Assembly: GCF_000953395.1 (NCBI RefSeq)
Contig: NZ_LN649236.1
Coordinates: 120,001-152,000 of the forward strand
From: Candidatus Portiera aleyrodidarum
GTDB lineage: Bacteria > Pseudomonadota > Gammaproteobacteria > Johnevansiales > Johnevansiaceae
Reading direction: 5' to 3'
Length of the DNA stretch: 32,000 bases
Shown piece after piece: positions 31,652-32,000 of the stretch (the first letter of the stretch is position 1; the number at the start of each line of letters is the position of its first letter). A model generated the notes under the pieces. It was not told the origin of the DNA, did not search any database, and worked only from the letters and a program-made list of their open reading frames with translations. Made by a program: the position numbers and the translations under genes.

Positions 31652-32000
31652 TTTTTTTTGGGTAGTGCAAGATTCGAACTTGCGACCCTCAGTTTGTAAT
31701 ACTGATGCTCTTCCTACTGAGCTAACCACCCCCTTTAATAAGTTCCATAATGCTAACCGAATAATATAATTGGATTCTGGTATACGTTCTATTTCTAATA
31801 TTTTTATTTTATTTTTTATTCTTCTATTTAAATATAAACCTCCTTTTCCTGTACATATAAATTTCTTTAAATTATACATTTTTATATTTATTTTTTTATT
31901 TATATTTATTTTTTTTTCTTTACTTAAAGATATAGGTATATGAAAATAATATCCTTTATTTTTTAATTCAAAAATACCTATATTATATATATATTTACTA
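31637..32000 (-). CDS. 3' part of an unidentified protein-coding gene entering from the right edge; its frame has no stop until 31637, inside tRNA-Asp
   Basis: My hand translation extends the ORF-track frame upstream to the window edge with no stop: ..SKYIYNIGIFELKNKGYYFHIPISLSKEKKININKKINIKMYNLKKFICTGKGGLYLNRRIKNKIKILEIERIPESNYIIRLALWNLLK|GVVSS... That is about 88 stop-free codons upstream of the tRNA, in a composition where roughly 1 codon in 10 is a stop by chance. The other two minus frames are full of stops. I cannot assign the product from this fragment. Confidence 0.45.
   Translation of the reverse strand, partial: SKYIYNIGIFELKNKGYYFHIPISLSKEKKININKKINIKMYNLKKFICTGKGGLYLNRRIKNKIKILEIERIPESNYIIRLALWNLLKGVVSSVGRASVLQTEGRKFESCTTQKKGSVV
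31659..31731 (-). tRNA. trnV: tRNA-Val (anticodon TAC)
   Basis: Reverse complement: GGGTGGT TA GCTC AGTAGGAA GAGC A TCAGT ATTACAA ACTGA GGGTC GCAAG TTCGAAT CTTGC ACTACCC A. It forms a full cloverleaf with one G-U pair in the acceptor stem. No CCA is encoded. Confidence 0.92.

Noticed and set aside
1-32000. Alternative genetic code (UGA=Trp), programmed frameshifts, pseudogenes, CRISPR arrays, IS or phage elements, a defence or toxin-antitoxin system.
   Set aside because: All conserved genes, including the 1354-aa and 1391-aa RNA polymerase subunits, read through intact under the standard code. Every ORF over 60 aa is either a recognisable housekeeping gene or a shadow ORF. No spacer is long enough to hide another gene, and no direct- or inverted-repeat architecture typical of CRISPR or IS elements is present.

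Overview
This is a core housekeeping window from an extremely AT-rich, highly compacted bacterial genome, with the look of an obligate insect endosymbiont. It uses the standard genetic code: the very long rpoB and rpoC frames are intact with no UGA recoding. 38 of the 39 protein genes and all 6 tRNAs lie on the minus strand.

Read in the direction of transcription (right to left), the window holds:
- an unidentified partial CDS at the right edge
- tRNA-Val, tRNA-Asp
- rpsF-rpsR-rplI-dnaB-rsmA
- tsaD, the only plus-strand gene
- rpsU-rpoD
- cyoABCDE
- tRNA-Tyr/Gly/Thr/Trp
- secE-nusG-rplK-rplJ-rplL-rpoB-rpoC
- rpsL-rpsG-fusA-tuf
- the complete S10 operon (rpsJ to rpsQ)
- the start of the spc operon (rplN-rplX-rplE')

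The gene order is the Pseudomonas/Oceanospirillales-type gammaproteobacterial arrangement. As far as I can recall the reference sequences, EF-Tu and RpoC look closest to that group. A Carsonella/Portiera/Evansia-like symbiont is therefore a reasonable guess, but this is inference only and needs a database search.

By hand count from the coordinates, only about 650 nt (about 2%) of the window is non-coding, and about 13 neighbouring gene pairs overlap. I see no mobile elements, CRISPR array, defence or toxin loci, or foreign-composition island. I do not think the window contains a novel multi-gene system.

What deserves a second look is genome-reduction architecture:
- three clean gene excisions from conserved operons: rplA, dnaG and a second tuf copy
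- a reading frame with no stop codon before a same-strand tRNA
- one perfect consensus sigma-70 promoter in front of rpsL
- small perfect tandem duplications at gene ends
- A10-A11 tracts inside essential genes
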